Made by a program: the position numbers and the translations under genes. From a candidate division WWE3 bacterium (GTDB lineage Bacteria > Patescibacteriota > WWE3 > 2-01-FULL-39-13), in the NCBI GenBank assembly GCA_027002375.1, contig JALWZX010000060.1, positions 1 to 42,482 on the forward strand: a DNA stretch of 42,482 nt, read 5' to 3'. A model generated the notes under the pieces. The model searched no databases and was not told where the DNA came from. It saw nothing but the letters and a program-made list of their open reading frames with translations. Positions 18,533 to 28,715 of this stretch are shown here, piece after piece. The first letter of the stretch is position 1. Each line of letters begins with the position of its first letter.

Positions 18533-20629
18533 ATGGCAGACGTTCATGTAGCCGATAAGGCACAACAGTTTACAATTGACAAGATTAGAAATATAGGAAT
18601 AATTGCGCATATTGATGCTGGTAAAACTACAGCAACAGAAGCAATATTATATGCGACTGGTTTAAGGCATAAAATCGGTGTGGTTCATGAGGGTGACACT
18701 ACAACAGATTGGATGGATCAAGAAAGAGAAAGGGGAGTAACCATTGTGTCTGCCGCTGTTACATCATTTTGGAAAGATCATAGAATAAATATAATAGATA
18801 CACCGGGGCATGTTGACTTTACGGCTGAGGTAGAGAGATCTTTAAGGGTTTTAGATGGTGCGGTTGTTGTTTTGGACTCAAAAATGGGTGTTGAAGCGCA
18901 GACTGAAACTGTATGGAGACAAGCTGATAAATATAAAGTTCCGAGAATTTTTGCTTTTAATAAAATAAATCAGATCGGTGGTGACTTTTACAAAACATTA
19001 GAATCTGTAAAATCACGACTAACTGAGCATGCTTATCCTGTTATGTTACCAATTGGCAAAGAAAAAGAAATAAATGGTTGGGTAGATTTGGTTACAATGA
19101 AAGCTTATAGATACAATGAATATACAGATAAAACATTAATTGAAGAAGAAATTCCAGAAGATATGAAAAATGAGGCTATGGTCTATAGAACACATATGAT
19201 CGAGAAAGCGATTGAAGCCGATGAAAAATTAATGGAAAAATATTTATCCGGTGAAGAACTTACTGTTGATGAAATTAAAACAGCAATTAGAAAAAGTACA
19301 ACAAGTTTAGAGATAGAATTTTATCCGGTTTTTGGTGGTGATTACAGGGGTGTTGCTGTTGAACATTTACTAGATGCTGTTGTTGATTATTTGCCATCAC
19401 CATTAGATACTATGCCTGCACAAGGTACTGATACCAAAACTGGTGAGACATATATTTGTAAGCCCGATAAAAATGAAAAATTCGTAGCGTTAGCATTCAA
19501 GGTGATGACAGACCCGTATGTCGGTAGGTTGGTCTACATTAGGGTGTATTCTGGTACATTAAAATCAGGGTCGTACATTTATAATACTACCAAAGGCAAA
19601 AAAGAGAGAATCGGTAGAATTGTCTTGATGCACGCTAATGATAGAGAAGAAATTCAGCAAGTGTATGCGGGGGAAATCGCAGCAGTTGTCGGTTTAAAAG
19701 ATACATCTACTGGCGACACAATAACAGAAGAGGGTATGCATGTGGTGTTGGAAAATATATCATTTGCTGAACCAGTTATTTCCATGGCTATTGAGCCTAA
19801 GACAAAATCTGATCAAGAAAAAATGGGGCTTGCTCTAAAGAAACTTATGGATGAAGATCCTACTTTTAAAGTTAGTACAGATGAGGAATCAGGACAAACT
19901 ATAATTTCCGGTGTTGGTGAATTCCAGTTAGAAATAAAAGTTGATTTGTTGAAAAGAGATATGGGGGTTGATGTAAATGTCGGTGCACCAAAGGTTGCAT
20001 ACAGAGAGACGATACAGGGTTCGGCAGATGCTGAAGGTAAATATATAAAACAATCTGGTGGTAGAGGTCAGTATGGACATGTTTGGTTAAGAGTTAAACC
20101 GTTAGAAAGGGGCGAAGGATTCAAATTTGTTAATAGTATTGTTGGTGGTACGATACCTAGGGAATATATTCCGGCTGTAGAGAAAGGGGTGAAAGCCGCT
20201 ATGGAAAAAGGTGTTGAATGGGGTTATCCAGTTGTAGATGTTGAAGTTGAACTTTATGATGGTTCTTATCATGAAGTTGATTCGTCTGAAATTGCTTTTC
20301 AGTTAGCAGCAAGAGAGGCTTTTCAAGATGCTGTAAGAAAAGCAAAAATGATCTTGCTAGAACCTATTATGAAGGTTGAAGTGGTTACACCTGAAGAGTT
20401 TGTTGGTGATGTTATAGGCGATTTGTCATCTAAAAGAGGTATGATAGAGGGTACAGAGCAAAGGGGAAACGTACAAGTAGTAAAGGCTTCGGCGCCGTTG
20501 GCAGAATTATTTGGATACGTAACTATTCTAAGAGGTTTGACACAAGGTAGAGCTGCACCTTCGATAGAACCAAGTCATTATGAGGTGGTGCCAGCTAATG
20601 TAGCAGAAAAACTAAAAACGAAAGATTAG
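18533..20629 (+). CDS. fusA: Elongation factor G (non-canonical G4/G5)
   Basis: RNIGIIAHIDAGKTT, QERERGVTI, DTPGHVDF, KQSGGRGQYGHV, YHEVDSS, LLEPIM. Confidence 0.99.
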   Translation: MADVHVADKAQQFTIDKIRNIGIIAHIDAGKTTATEAILYATGLRHKIGVVHEGDTTTDWMDQERERGVTIVSAAVTSFWKDHRINIIDTPGHVDFTAEVERSLRVLDGAVVVLDSKMGVEAQTETVWRQADKYKVPRIFAFNKINQIGGDFYKTLESVKSRLTEHAYPVMLPIGKEKEINGWVDLVTMKAYRYNEYTDKTLIEEEIPEDMKNEAMVYRTHMIEKAIEADEKLMEKYLSGEELTVDEIKTAIRKSTTSLEIEFYPVFGGDYRGVAVEHLLDAVVDYLPSPLDTMPAQGTDTKTGETYICKPDKNEKFVALAFKVMTDPYVGRLVYIRVYSGTLKSGSYIYNTTKGKKERIGRIVLMHANDREEIQQVYAGEIAAVVGLKDTSTGDTITEEGMHVVLENISFAEPVISMAIEPKTKSDQEKMGLALKKLMDEDPTFKVSTDEESGQTIISGVGEFQLEIKVDLLKRDMGVDVNVGAPKVAYRETIQGSADAEGKYIKQSGGRGQYGHVWLRVKPLERGEGFKFVNSIVGGTIPREYIPAVEKGVKAAMEKGVEWGYPVVDVEVELYDGSYHEVDSSEIAFQLAAREAFQDAVRKAKMILLEPIMKVEVVTPEEFVGDVIGDLSSKRGMIEGTEQRGNVQVVKASAPLAELFGYVTILRGLTQGRAAPSIEPSHYEVVPANVAEKLKTKD

Positions 20630-20756
20630 TATTGAATTTGTTATGATTTCTGTTAGAATAACATTTGACCTTAAATGGTAAAGTATTAAATTTAGTTAAT
20701 TTTATTGCTGAGAAGGTAAAAAACGTTGTTTTGCCTATCTCATGTTAAACACAAAA

Positions 20757-21935
20757 ATGGCTGACAAATTTGACAGAACAAAACCGCACGTCAATATCGG
20801 TACCATTGGACATGTAGACCATGGTAAAACAACATTAACTGCGGCTATCACCAAAGTCCTTTCTGATGAAGGAAAGGCGAACTTTAAGGCGTTTGACCAA
20901 ATAGACAATGCGCCTGAAGAAAAAGAAAGAGGTATTACAATTAATGTATCTCATGTTGAGTATGAAACTGATAAAAGACATTATGCTCATATAGATGCAC
21001 CTGGACACGCAGATTATATTAAAAATATGATTACTGGTGCAGCTCAAATGGATGGGGCTATTTTAGTTGTGGCCGCAACTGATGGTCCTATGCCACAAAC
21101 TAGAGAACACATACTTTTAGCGCGACAAGTCGGTGTACCTAAATTGGTTGTTTTCTTGAATAAAGTTGATATGGTAGAAGATACTAGCCTTATTGAATTA
21201 GTTGAAGAAGAAGTGAGAGATCTTCTAGTAAAATACGGGTATGAAAAGGATACGCCGATAATAGCTGGATCTGCATTGAAAGCATTAGAAGGTGATGCAG
21301 AAGCGATAGAATCTATCAAAAAATTGATGGATGCAGTTGATGCATGGATTCCTACACCAGAAAGAGATCTTGATAAGCCTTTCTTAATGCCTGTTGAAGA
21401 TGTTTTTTCAATACAGGGAAGAGGTACTGTAGCAACTGGTAGAATCGAAAGAGGAAAAGTAAATCTTAACGATGAGGTAGAAATCGTTGGTATAAAAGAG
21501 ACTAAGAAAACAGTTGTAACAGGTATCGAAATGTTTAACAAACAATTAGAAGAAGGTTTGGCAGGTGACAATGTTGGTATTTTGCTACGTGGTGTAGAAA
21601 GAGATGGTGTTGAAAGAGGTCAAGTTTTAGCGGCACCAGGAAGTATTACACCTCACACAAAATTTGAGGCAGAAGTATATGTATTGAAAAAAGAAGAAGG
21701 TGGAAGACATACACCATTTTTCAATGGTTATAGACCACAATTCTATGTAAGAACAACAGATGTTACAGGTAACGTTACTTTGCCAGAAGGTACTGAAATG
21801 ATTATGCCTGGTGATAATACAAAGATTACGGTAGAGTTAATTACACCAATTGCTATTGAAGAAGGGCTTCGCTTTGCAATTAGAGAAGGAAGCAAAACGG
21901 TTGGTGCTGGCGTAGTAACTAAAATTATTAAGTAA
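20757..21935 (+). CDS. tuf: Elongation factor Tu
   Basis: [26 protein letters not shown]; start set at MADKF. Confidence 0.99.
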   Translation: MADKFDRTKPHVNIGTIGHVDHGKTTLTAAITKVLSDEGKANFKAFDQIDNAPEEKERGITINVSHVEYETDKRHYAHIDAPGHADYIKNMITGAAQMDGAILVVAATDGPMPQTREHILLARQVGVPKLVVFLNKVDMVEDTSLIELVEEEVRDLLVKYGYEKDTPIIAGSALKALEGDAEAIESIKKLMDAVDAWIPTPERDLDKPFLMPVEDVFSIQGRGTVATGRIERGKVNLNDEVEIVGIKETKKTVVTGIEMFNKQLEEGLAGDNVGILLRGVERDGVERGQVLAAPGSITPHTKFEAEVYVLKKEEGGRHTPFFNGYRPQFYVRTTDVTGNVTLPEGTEMIMPGDNTKITVELITPIAIEEGLRFAIREGSKTVGAGVVTKIIK

Positions 21936-21954
21936 GTTAAACTAAGAAGTTTGA

Positions 21955-21987
21955 CAATGAGCCCTCTGTAATACAGAGGGCTCATTG
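21955..21987. repeat. Perfect 16-bp inverted repeat between tuf and rpsJ
   Basis: caatgagccctctgta-a-tacagagggctcattg; no U-tract follows. Confidence 0.9.
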
Positions 21988-22002
21988 AAATTAGAGCACA
22001 TT

Positions 22003-22329
22003 ATGGCAGATAAGAAAAACACTGTAAAAAACAAACTCAGAGTATTATTAAAATCGTATGATACGAATACGATTGATCAAAGCGCACAAAGAATAGCAGA
22101 AGTCGCTATAAGAACGGGAGCCAAAATCTCTGGTCCTATTCCTTTGCCAACAAAAACTGAGATTTTTAGTTATCAAAGAGCCGCTTCTAACGACAAGAGA
22201 TCATTTGAGCAATTTGAGAGGCGAACTCATAAACGTATTATTGATATAATAGAGCCCACGGCTAATACGATTTCTGAGTTGTCTAATTTAAAATTGCCTA
22301 CCGGTGTTGGAATAGAAATAAAACAATAA
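22003..22329 (+). CDS. rpsJ: 30S ribosomal protein S10
   Basis: LKSYD, SGPIPLPT, EQFERRTHKRIIDI; start set at ATG 22003. Confidence 0.97.
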   Translation: MADKKNTVKNKLRVLLKSYDTNTIDQSAQRIAEVAIRTGAKISGPIPLPTKTEIFSYQRAASNDKRSFEQFERRTHKRIIDIIEPTANTISELSNLKLPTGVGIEIKQ

Positions 22330-22352
22330 ATATTATCCCTGCTAATTAAATT

Positions 22353-22829
22353 ATGTCTAAAACTAAGGTTTATAGAACAATTGAATATACTGTATATGAA
22401 GCTGTAAAAAAAGAAATGTCACAGCAATTTGATGATGATGGTAAAGTTGTTCCATATACAGCGTTAATGTTAAATGGCGAAAAGGACAGTGATGCTTTAT
22501 TTGATAATGAACTTGGTACAAAGGTGTTGGTTGTCGGAAATTCCAAGGGAAAAGGATTCGCAGGAACTGTAAAGAAATGGGGATTTCGGGCCGGTCCTAA
22601 TACTCATGGTCAAATAAAACGTCGGTCGTCTGGTTCTATTGGTACACAAGGACAGGGTCGTGTTATTCCAGGTAAGAAAATGGCTGGTAGAATGGGAAAT
22701 CAAAAAATCACTATTAGATCTAAGGTCGTTGGTATCGATAAGCTGTCTAAAACATTGAGGGTGTCAGGTTCTGTTCCCGGAAGTAAGGGAAGTAAGGTTT
22801 ATATTTATATAAAGAAAAATGAAGATTAA
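22353..22829 (+). CDS. rplC: 50S ribosomal protein L3 (internally shortened, 158 aa)
   Basis: [38 protein letters not shown]. Confidence 0.95.
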   Translation: MSKTKVYRTIEYTVYEAVKKEMSQQFDDDGKVVPYTALMLNGEKDSDALFDNELGTKVLVVGNSKGKGFAGTVKKWGFRAGPNTHGQIKRRSSGSIGTQGQGRVIPGKKMAGRMGNQKITIRSKVVGIDKLSKTLRVSGSVPGSKGSKVYIYIKKNED

Positions 22830-23436
22830 AGTATATGATAAAGATGCTAAAAATATAAAGAGTGTTAACTTCAATATCGTTGATAATGGTGTTAATCATG
22901 ATTTAATTACACAATACATTCGTATTTACCAATTAAATCAAAGACAAGGAACCGTAAAAGTCAAAACCAGATCCGAGGTTCGTGGTGGTGGAAGAAAGCC
23001 ATGGAAACAAAAAGGAACGGGCAGAGCTAGAGCTGGAACAATTAGATCACCATTATGGCGTGGAGGTGGTATAACACATGGACCAGTACCAAAAGAGTGG
23101 AATTTATCGCTAAATAAAAAAACGAAAAAGAAAATATTTGCCGATTCTATTATTCTCAAGATAAACGAGGACAAGTTGATGTCTTTTGTCGGTTTTGAAT
23201 CATTAGAAAACCCATCTACTAAAATTACAAATAAGTTTTTAGAACAAATGAATTTGAAAAATAATAGAATTTTAATCATACATGACAAATCTGACGTACT
23301 ATTTAAATCGTTTAGAAATATTAAAGGTGTTAGAGTCAAAAGTATCGATGATTTATCTGCCTACGATATTTTATCGGCGGATTATGTTTTGATAGACTCA
23401 CAAGCGGTAAGTTTAGTTGAACAAAGAATAAGATGA
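22819..23436 (+). CDS. rplD: 50S ribosomal protein L4
   Basis: [31 protein letters not shown]. Confidence 0.98.
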   Translation: MKIKVYDKDAKNIKSVNFNIVDNGVNHDLITQYIRIYQLNQRQGTVKVKTRSEVRGGGRKPWKQKGTGRARAGTIRSPLWRGGGITHGPVPKEWNLSLNKKTKKKIFADSIILKINEDKLMSFVGFESLENPSTKITNKFLEQMNLKNNRILIIHDKSDVLFKSFRNIKGVRVKSIDDLSAYDILSADYVLIDSQAVSLVEQRIR

Positions 23437-23732
23437 ATTATAAGAAGATAATAATTAAACCAGTTATTACTGAAAAAAGTCTAAAATTGGTTGCAAATCA
23501 AAATAAATATACTTTTATGATAACGAAGTCAGCAACCAAGGGGCAAGTTAAGCAAGCGGTCTCTGATCTGTTTGATGTTAACGTAGTGTCTGTGAATGTT
23601 CTAAAAAATAGAGGCAGAATTAAACGAAGTTTAGTAGGAAAAAGAAACGAATACTCAACTAAAGACACAAAAAAAGCGATTGTACAATTGGTAGAAAAGG
23701 ATAGTATCAAAATATTTGAAGGAGGTAAATAA
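23433..23732 (+). CDS. rplW: 50S ribosomal protein L23
   Basis: PVITEKS, KYTF, KKAIVQL; synteny. Confidence 0.97.
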   Translation: MNYKKIIIKPVITEKSLKLVANQNKYTFMITKSATKGQVKQAVSDLFDVNVVSVNVLKNRGRIKRSLVGKRNEYSTKDTKKAIVQLVEKDSIKIFEGGK

Positions 23733-24556
23733 TGATAAAGATATACAAACCAACAAGTCCAGGAAGAAGAAACCAGACAATTTTAATATCCGAATCTAAT
23801 AATAAACGAACAGATAAAAAAATCCTTAAGAAGTTTAGTAAGTCTGTTCACAGAAAAGCAGGAAGATCTCATGGTAGAATTTCTGTTTATCAAAAAAGAG
23901 TTGGTGCGAAGAGAAGATATAGAGTGATAGATTTTAAGAGAAATAAATTTAATATAGAGGCGAAGGTAGTTTCTATAGATTATGATCCAAATAGAACTTG
24001 TGATATAGCATTAATCTCCTATGCTGATGGTGAAAAAGCATACATATTAAGGCCTAATGATTTAAACGTTAATGATGTTGTTATGTCAGGTGAAAAGTTG
24101 GAAGCTAAGGTTGGTAACACAATGCAAATGAAAAATATACCGATTGGTTTACCTGTGCATAATATAGAACTGTATCCAAACGCTGGTGGTAAGTTTGTTA
24201 GAAGCGCTGGAACTGCTGCCTATATTACGGCAAAAGAGGGTAAGTATGTGAATGTAAGAATGCCTAGCGGTGAGGTTAGAAGATTTTTGGGTGATTGCAA
24301 GGCTACAATAGGACAATTGGGTAGAGACGAATGGAAATTGGTTAAGTTAGGTAAAGCAGGTAGAAACTTCCATTTAGGAAAAAGACCTAAAACTAGAGGT
24401 AAGGCCAGATCTGATTCACACCCACTAGCTGGTTCGTATAGCAGAAGGGTTGGAAGACATCCTGTAGACAAGTGGGGTAATCTCTCGAAAGGTAAGAAAA
24501 CTAGAAGAAGAAAACATACTAACAAGTATATAGTTAAAGATAGAAGAGTTAAGTAG
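23732..24556 (+). CDS. rplB: 50S ribosomal protein L2
   Basis: KPTSPGRR, YRVIDFKR, YDPNR, HNIEL.P..GG, RSAG, PSGEVR. Confidence 0.98.
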   Translation: MIKIYKPTSPGRRNQTILISESNNKRTDKKILKKFSKSVHRKAGRSHGRISVYQKRVGAKRRYRVIDFKRNKFNIEAKVVSIDYDPNRTCDIALISYADGEKAYILRPNDLNVNDVVMSGEKLEAKVGNTMQMKNIPIGLPVHNIELYPNAGGKFVRSAGTAAYITAKEGKYVNVRMPSGEVRRFLGDCKATIGQLGRDEWKLVKLGKAGRNFHLGKRPKTRGKARSDSHPLAGSYSRRVGRHPVDKWGNLSKGKKTRRRKHTNKYIVKDRRVK

Positions 24557-24600
24557 AAAAAGCTTTTCAAATAAAGAATTTTCTGCTAACATAGGCACTT

Positions 24601-24870
24601 ATGTCAAGATCATTAAAGAAAGGGCCATACCTAAACGAGAAATTAATGAAAAAGGTTTTTAAAGCAAAAGATACAGGTGATAGAACACCGATAAAAACGT
24701 GGGCTAGAGCTTCTACGATTACACCCGACATGGTGGGGCTAACATTTGATGTACATAATGGAAAGAAGCATGTTCCTGTTTATGTTAGTGAATCAATGGT
24801 AGGGCATAAGTTGGGGGAATTCGCACCAACTAGAACTTTTAGAGCGCATGCTAAAAAGAAGGGTAAATAA
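24601..24870 (+). CDS. rpsS: 30S ribosomal protein S19
   Basis: [29 protein letters not shown]. Confidence 0.99.
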   Translation: MSRSLKKGPYLNEKLMKKVFKAKDTGDRTPIKTWARASTITPDMVGLTFDVHNGKKHVPVYVSESMVGHKLGEFAPTRTFRAHAKKKGK

Positions 24871-24880
24871 TTAATATTTT

Positions 24881-25288
24881 ATGAGCAAAAAAAAGGTAAT
24901 TAACGAACAAAATAATATATTAATAAAAAGTACATACAAAAATGCGCATATTTCGCCAAGTAAGGTTAGACTAACTGCGAACGCCGTTCGTAGAAACGAT
25001 GTTAAAAGTGCTATTAACAAGTTAACATTTTATAATAACAAGGCATCTAAAGTGTTAAAGAAGACTTTGCTATCAGCCGTAGCAAATGCTGATCAAAAAG
25101 GATATAAAATTGCTAATCTATATATAAATGATATTAAATTAGGTAAAGGTATGACCTTAAAGAGATTTAGGTATGGTTCACACGGGCATATCCATCCTAT
25201 ACTAAAAAGATGGTCTAATATAACAATTGAATTGGGAGTTTTAAATAATAATATTGTTAAGAAAAACAAGGAGGAAAATAATGAGTAG
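24881..25288 (+). CDS. rplV: 50S ribosomal protein L22
   Basis: ISPSKVR, SAVANA, LKR...ILKR; synteny. Confidence 0.95.
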   Translation: MSKKKVINEQNNILIKSTYKNAHISPSKVRLTANAVRRNDVKSAINKLTFYNNKASKVLKKTLLSAVANADQKGYKIANLYINDIKLGKGMTLKRFRYGSHGHIHPILKRWSNITIELGVLNNNIVKKNKEENNE

Positions 25289-25904
25289 AAAGATAGATCC
25301 GAGAGCTTTGAGAGTTGGCGTTACGAAACCATGGTTATCATCATGGTTTGCTGAAGGTAATAGGTACGCTGACAGAGTTGTTGAAGATGAAAAAATAAGA
25401 AAGATTTTAAGAAAAAGGTTAAGAACTGCTGGATTAGATTCCATATTAATTGAAAGATCTATAAAATCTGTTAAAATCATTATTCGTGTTACAAGGCCTG
25501 GTGTAGTTATAGGAAGAAAAGGTGCAGGATTATCACAAATTAGAGAAGAAATAAAGAGAATAACCAAATCTGATATTGATTTGTTGATTGAAGAAGTAAA
25601 GGTTCCGGAGACAAGTGCAAGTGTGGTTGCTGAGACGATTGCAATGCAAATTGAGAAAAGAATTAACCCAAAAAGGGCTATTAATGTTGCGGCTGATAAA
25701 TCAATTGAAGCTGGGGCGACAGGTATAAAGGTAGAGGCTAGCGGTACATTATATGGTCCTAATAGTATGGGAACAATAATTGTAACTACGAGAGGGCCTG
25801 TTCCAACACAAACCCTGAGAGCGGATATCGATTATGCAAAGACTGTTGCGTACACAAGAGGTGGAACAATAGGAATCAAAGTGTGGATTTACAAAAAGAG
25901 TTAA
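25281..25904 (+). CDS. rpsC: 30S ribosomal protein S3
   Basis: RPGVVIGRKG, TLRADIDY, GIKVWIY; start at ATG 25281 after AAGGAGG. Confidence 0.97.
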   Translation: MSRKIDPRALRVGVTKPWLSSWFAEGNRYADRVVEDEKIRKILRKRLRTAGLDSILIERSIKSVKIIIRVTRPGVVIGRKGAGLSQIREEIKRITKSDIDLLIEEVKVPETSASVVAETIAMQIEKRINPKRAINVAADKSIEAGATGIKVEASGTLYGPNSMGTIIVTTRGPVPTQTLRADIDYAKTVAYTRGGTIGIKVWIYKKS

Positions 25905-25924
25905 TTAAGTTTATCAATTAAATT

Positions 25925-26341
25925 ATGTTAATGCCTAAAAAGACAAAATACAGAAAGCAGATGAGAGGTAAGAATCGCGGTATTAGTACACGTGGGTATG
26001 AGCTTAATTTCGGTGAATTCGGTCTTAAAGCCGTTGATAGCGGGTATTTAACATCAAGACAAATCGAGGCTGCTAGAAGAGCTATAACTGGAACAACTAA
26101 GAGAGGTGGAAAAGTTTACATTAGAGTATTTCCAGATAGACCTGTTACCAAAAAGCCTTTAGAAGTTAGAATGGGTAAAGGTAAAGGTGCTGTTGATCAA
26201 TATACAGCTAGAGTGAAACGGGGAAAAATGTTATTTGAGTTAGCTGGTGTAGAGATGAATGTTGCAAAAGAAGCATTTAGAATAGCAGCTGCTAAGTTAC
26301 CAATGAAAACCGTATTTATTAATGGTGAGGAGCAATTATGA
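25925..26341 (+). CDS. rplP: 50S ribosomal protein L16
   Basis: [34 protein letters not shown]. Confidence 0.99.
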   Translation: MLMPKKTKYRKQMRGKNRGISTRGYELNFGEFGLKAVDSGYLTSRQIEAARRAITGTTKRGGKVYIRVFPDRPVTKKPLEVRMGKGKGAVDQYTARVKRGKMLFELAGVEMNVAKEAFRIAAAKLPMKTVFINGEEQL

Positions 26342-26538
26342 CAATAGCAGAATTAAGAAAACAAGATATAAAAGAATTAAATAACATGCTAAAGGATAAA
26401 AACAAAGAAATTTTAGCTAAAAGAATTGATATAAAAATTGGAAAAGAAAAAAATACATCTGTGATAAAATTTTTGAAAAAAGAAATTGCGCAAATTAATA
26501 CAGTTATTCGTGAAAAGGAGGTTCTAAATGAGCAGTAA
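26338..26538 (+). CDS. rpmC: 50S ribosomal protein L29
   Basis: ELR...[13 protein letters not shown]; synteny. Confidence 0.93.
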   Translation: MTIAELRKQDIKELNNMLKDKNKEILAKRIDIKIGKEKNTSVIKFLKKEIAQINTVIREKEVLNEQ

Positions 26539-26764
26539 AATACTAAAGGGAAAAGTTGTATCTGTAAAAATGCAGAAAACTTGCGTTGTAGAAGTGGGTA
26601 CAGCAAAGAAACATAAAAGATATAATAAGCGTTATGTTTTGCATAAGAAATATAAAGCCCACAATGACAGTTTTGATTTAAAAGTTGGCGATTTAGTTTC
26701 GATAAAAGAGGTAGCACCTATTAGTAAAGATAAACATTTTATTGTAGTTAGTAAAGAATCTTAA
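26528..26764 (+). CDS. rpsQ: 30S ribosomal protein S17
   Basis: GKVVSVKMQKT, KKYKAH, GDLV.I.E..PISK.K. Confidence 0.96.
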   Translation: MSSKILKGKVVSVKMQKTCVVEVGTAKKHKRYNKRYVLHKKYKAHNDSFDLKVGDLVSIKEVAPISKDKHFIVVSKES

Positions 26765-26786
26765 TTAGTATAAATTTTGTTATATT

Positions 26787-27158
26787 ATGATACAAAAACA
26801 ATCAGTTCTAAAATGTGCAGACAACTCAGGGGCAAAAAAACTAAATGTTATTGGAATTCCTGGGTATTCAAAAAAGCGATTCGCTAAAATTGGAGACGTT
26901 ATTACATGTTCTGTACGAGGATCAACTGGGATTGGAACAAATGTAAAAGATCATGAAGTTGTAACTGCAGTAATTGTTAGAACTAGAAAAGAAATAAGAC
27001 GTAAAGATGGTTCGTATATAAGATTCGATGATAATGCAGCGGTAGTAGTAGATAAAAACAAGGCACCCAGGGCTACTAGAATTTTTGGTCCGGTAGCTAG
27101 AGAGCTTAGAGACAATGGTTTTAATAAAATTGTCTCTCTAGCACCTGAAGTTTGGTAA
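26787..27158 (+). CDS. rplN: 50S ribosomal protein L14
   Basis: [33 protein letters not shown]. Confidence 0.99.
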   Translation: MIQKQSVLKCADNSGAKKLNVIGIPGYSKKRFAKIGDVITCSVRGSTGIGTNVKDHEVVTAVIVRTRKEIRRKDGSYIRFDDNAAVVVDKNKAPRATRIFGPVARELRDNGFNKIVSLAPEVW

Positions 27159-27252
27159 GTATATTATATTGAATTGACGATTGATTGTTTCACGTCAGAA
27201 CAATTTATCTAATTGGCATATGCGTTTAGATATAAATTGTAAAAATGTAATT

Positions 27253-27558
27253 ATGAAAATTAGAAAAAATGATAAAGTAACAGTATTATCGGGCAAATAT
27301 AAGGGTAAAAGTGGAACTGTTGAAAGGGTATATATACAAGAAGATAAGGTGTTGGTTGAGGGTGTGAATGTTGTAACTAAACACATGAAACCTACGGTTA
27401 AGTCTTCTGGTGGAATTATGAGGGTAAATAGACCTATCAACATTTCTAATGTTATGTTAATATGTCCGAAGTGTAATAAACCTACTAGAGTTAGTTATAA
27501 GGTAGAAAACGGTAAAAAATACCGTGTTTGTAAAAAATGTAATGAAGTTATTGATTAA
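27253..27558 (+). CDS. rplX: 50S ribosomal protein L24
   Basis: KOW motif D.V.VLSGKYKGK.G, EGVN, SNV, CPKC..CKKC; start set at MKIRK. Confidence 0.97.
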   Translation: MKIRKNDKVTVLSGKYKGKSGTVERVYIQEDKVLVEGVNVVTKHMKPTVKSSGGIMRVNRPINISNVMLICPKCNKPTRVSYKVENGKKYRVCKKCNEVID

Positions 27559-27560
27559 TA

Positions 27561-28130
27561 ATGACGCTAAAAGAAGAATATCAAAAAACAATTTTAGAGA
27601 ACTTAAAAAAAGAATTAGAGTTAAACTCGATATTCGCTGTTCCTAAAATTGAGAAGATTGTAATTAACATGGGAATTGGCAGAAACAGAGATAATAAACA
27701 GTTTGTCGAAGAAGCTATAAATGAAGTGACTATGATATCTGGCCAAAAACCTGCTTTAAGAAAAGCAAAGGTTTCAATTTCTAATTTTAAGCTTCGACAG
27801 GGTCAGCTAGCTGGAATATCGGCTACATTGCGTGGAGATAGAATGTGGGATTTTTATGAAAAACTTGTTAAAATAGTTTTTCCTAGAATGAAAGATTTTA
27901 GGGGAATTTCACCTAAATCTTTTGATGGTGCTGGAAATTATAATATCGGTTTTAGTGAACAAATTATATTTCCTGAGATCGATGCAAATAAAGTTATTTA
28001 TAATAAGCCTTTGCAGGTTACGATTAGTACAACTGCAAAAAACGACGAGGATGCGTATAAATTGCTAAAAGCTTTATATATGCCGTTTCGCGAAGAAAAA
28101 AATAGATTATGCCAAAGAAATCACAAATAG
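27561..28130 (+). CDS. rplE: 50S ribosomal protein L5
   Basis: [36 protein letters not shown]. Confidence 0.98.
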   Translation: MTLKEEYQKTILENLKKELELNSIFAVPKIEKIVINMGIGRNRDNKQFVEEAINEVTMISGQKPALRKAKVSISNFKLRQGQLAGISATLRGDRMWDFYEKLVKIVFPRMKDFRGISPKSFDGAGNYNIGFSEQIIFPEIDANKVIYNKPLQVTISTTAKNDEDAYKLLKALYMPFREEKNRLCQRNHK

Positions 28131-28294
28131 AAAAATGGAAGAAACCTAAAAAATTTAAAGTTAAAGAATATAACAGATGTGAAAGATGCGGAAGATCACA
28201 TGGATACATGAGAAAGTTTAAATTGTGTAGAATTTGTTTTAGAGAACTCGCACATGAGGGAGTACTTCCTGGTGTACGAAAAGCAAGCTGGTAA
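28109..28294 (+). CDS. rpsN: 30S ribosomal protein S14 (Zn-binding, short type)
   Basis: [25 protein letters not shown]. Confidence 0.98.
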   Translation: MPKKSQIEKWKKPKKFKVKEYNRCERCGRSHGYMRKFKLCRICFRELAHEGVLPGVRKASW

Positions 28295-28295
28295 T

Positions 28296-28697
28296 ATGAT
28301 GACAGATACTATATCAGATATGTTAACAAGAATTAGAAATGCTCAAAGTAGATCTAGCCTATCTGTTGAAATGCCATATTCGAGAAAACTTGAGAGTATA
28401 GCAAAGGTATTGAAAAATGAGGGTTATATAGAAGGTTATAAGGTTTTTAAATTCGATGGTAAAGTGTATAAAGGTTTAAATATAAGTTTGAAGTATGATT
28501 CTGAAGGAAACCCTGTAATTTCCCATATATCAAGAGTGTCTAAGCCAAGTTTGAGAGTATATAAAAAATATGGTGAAATAGGATCTGTTCTGACTGGTCG
28601 TGGAATATACATAATATCTACGTCTAGAGGGGTGATGTCTAGTAATGAGGCAAAGAAAAAAAGATTAGGTGGAGAGATAATTTGTAAGGTTTATTAA
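28296..28697 (+). CDS. rpsH: 30S ribosomal protein S8
   Basis: D.ISDMLTRIRNA, EGYI, SKPSLRVY, STSRGV, GGEII; start set at ATG 28296. Confidence 0.98.
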   Translation: MMTDTISDMLTRIRNAQSRSSLSVEMPYSRKLESIAKVLKNEGYIEGYKVFKFDGKVYKGLNISLKYDSEGNPVISHISRVSKPSLRVYKKYGEIGSVLTGRGIYIISTSRGVMSSNEAKKKRLGGEIICKVY

Positions 28698-28715
28698 AAT
28701 TAAAATAATAATATT

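Noticed and set aside
21044-21571. 175-aa antisense ORF in tuf and the many similar short antisense ORFs
   Set aside because: Shadow ORFs caused by codon bias of highly conserved sense genes
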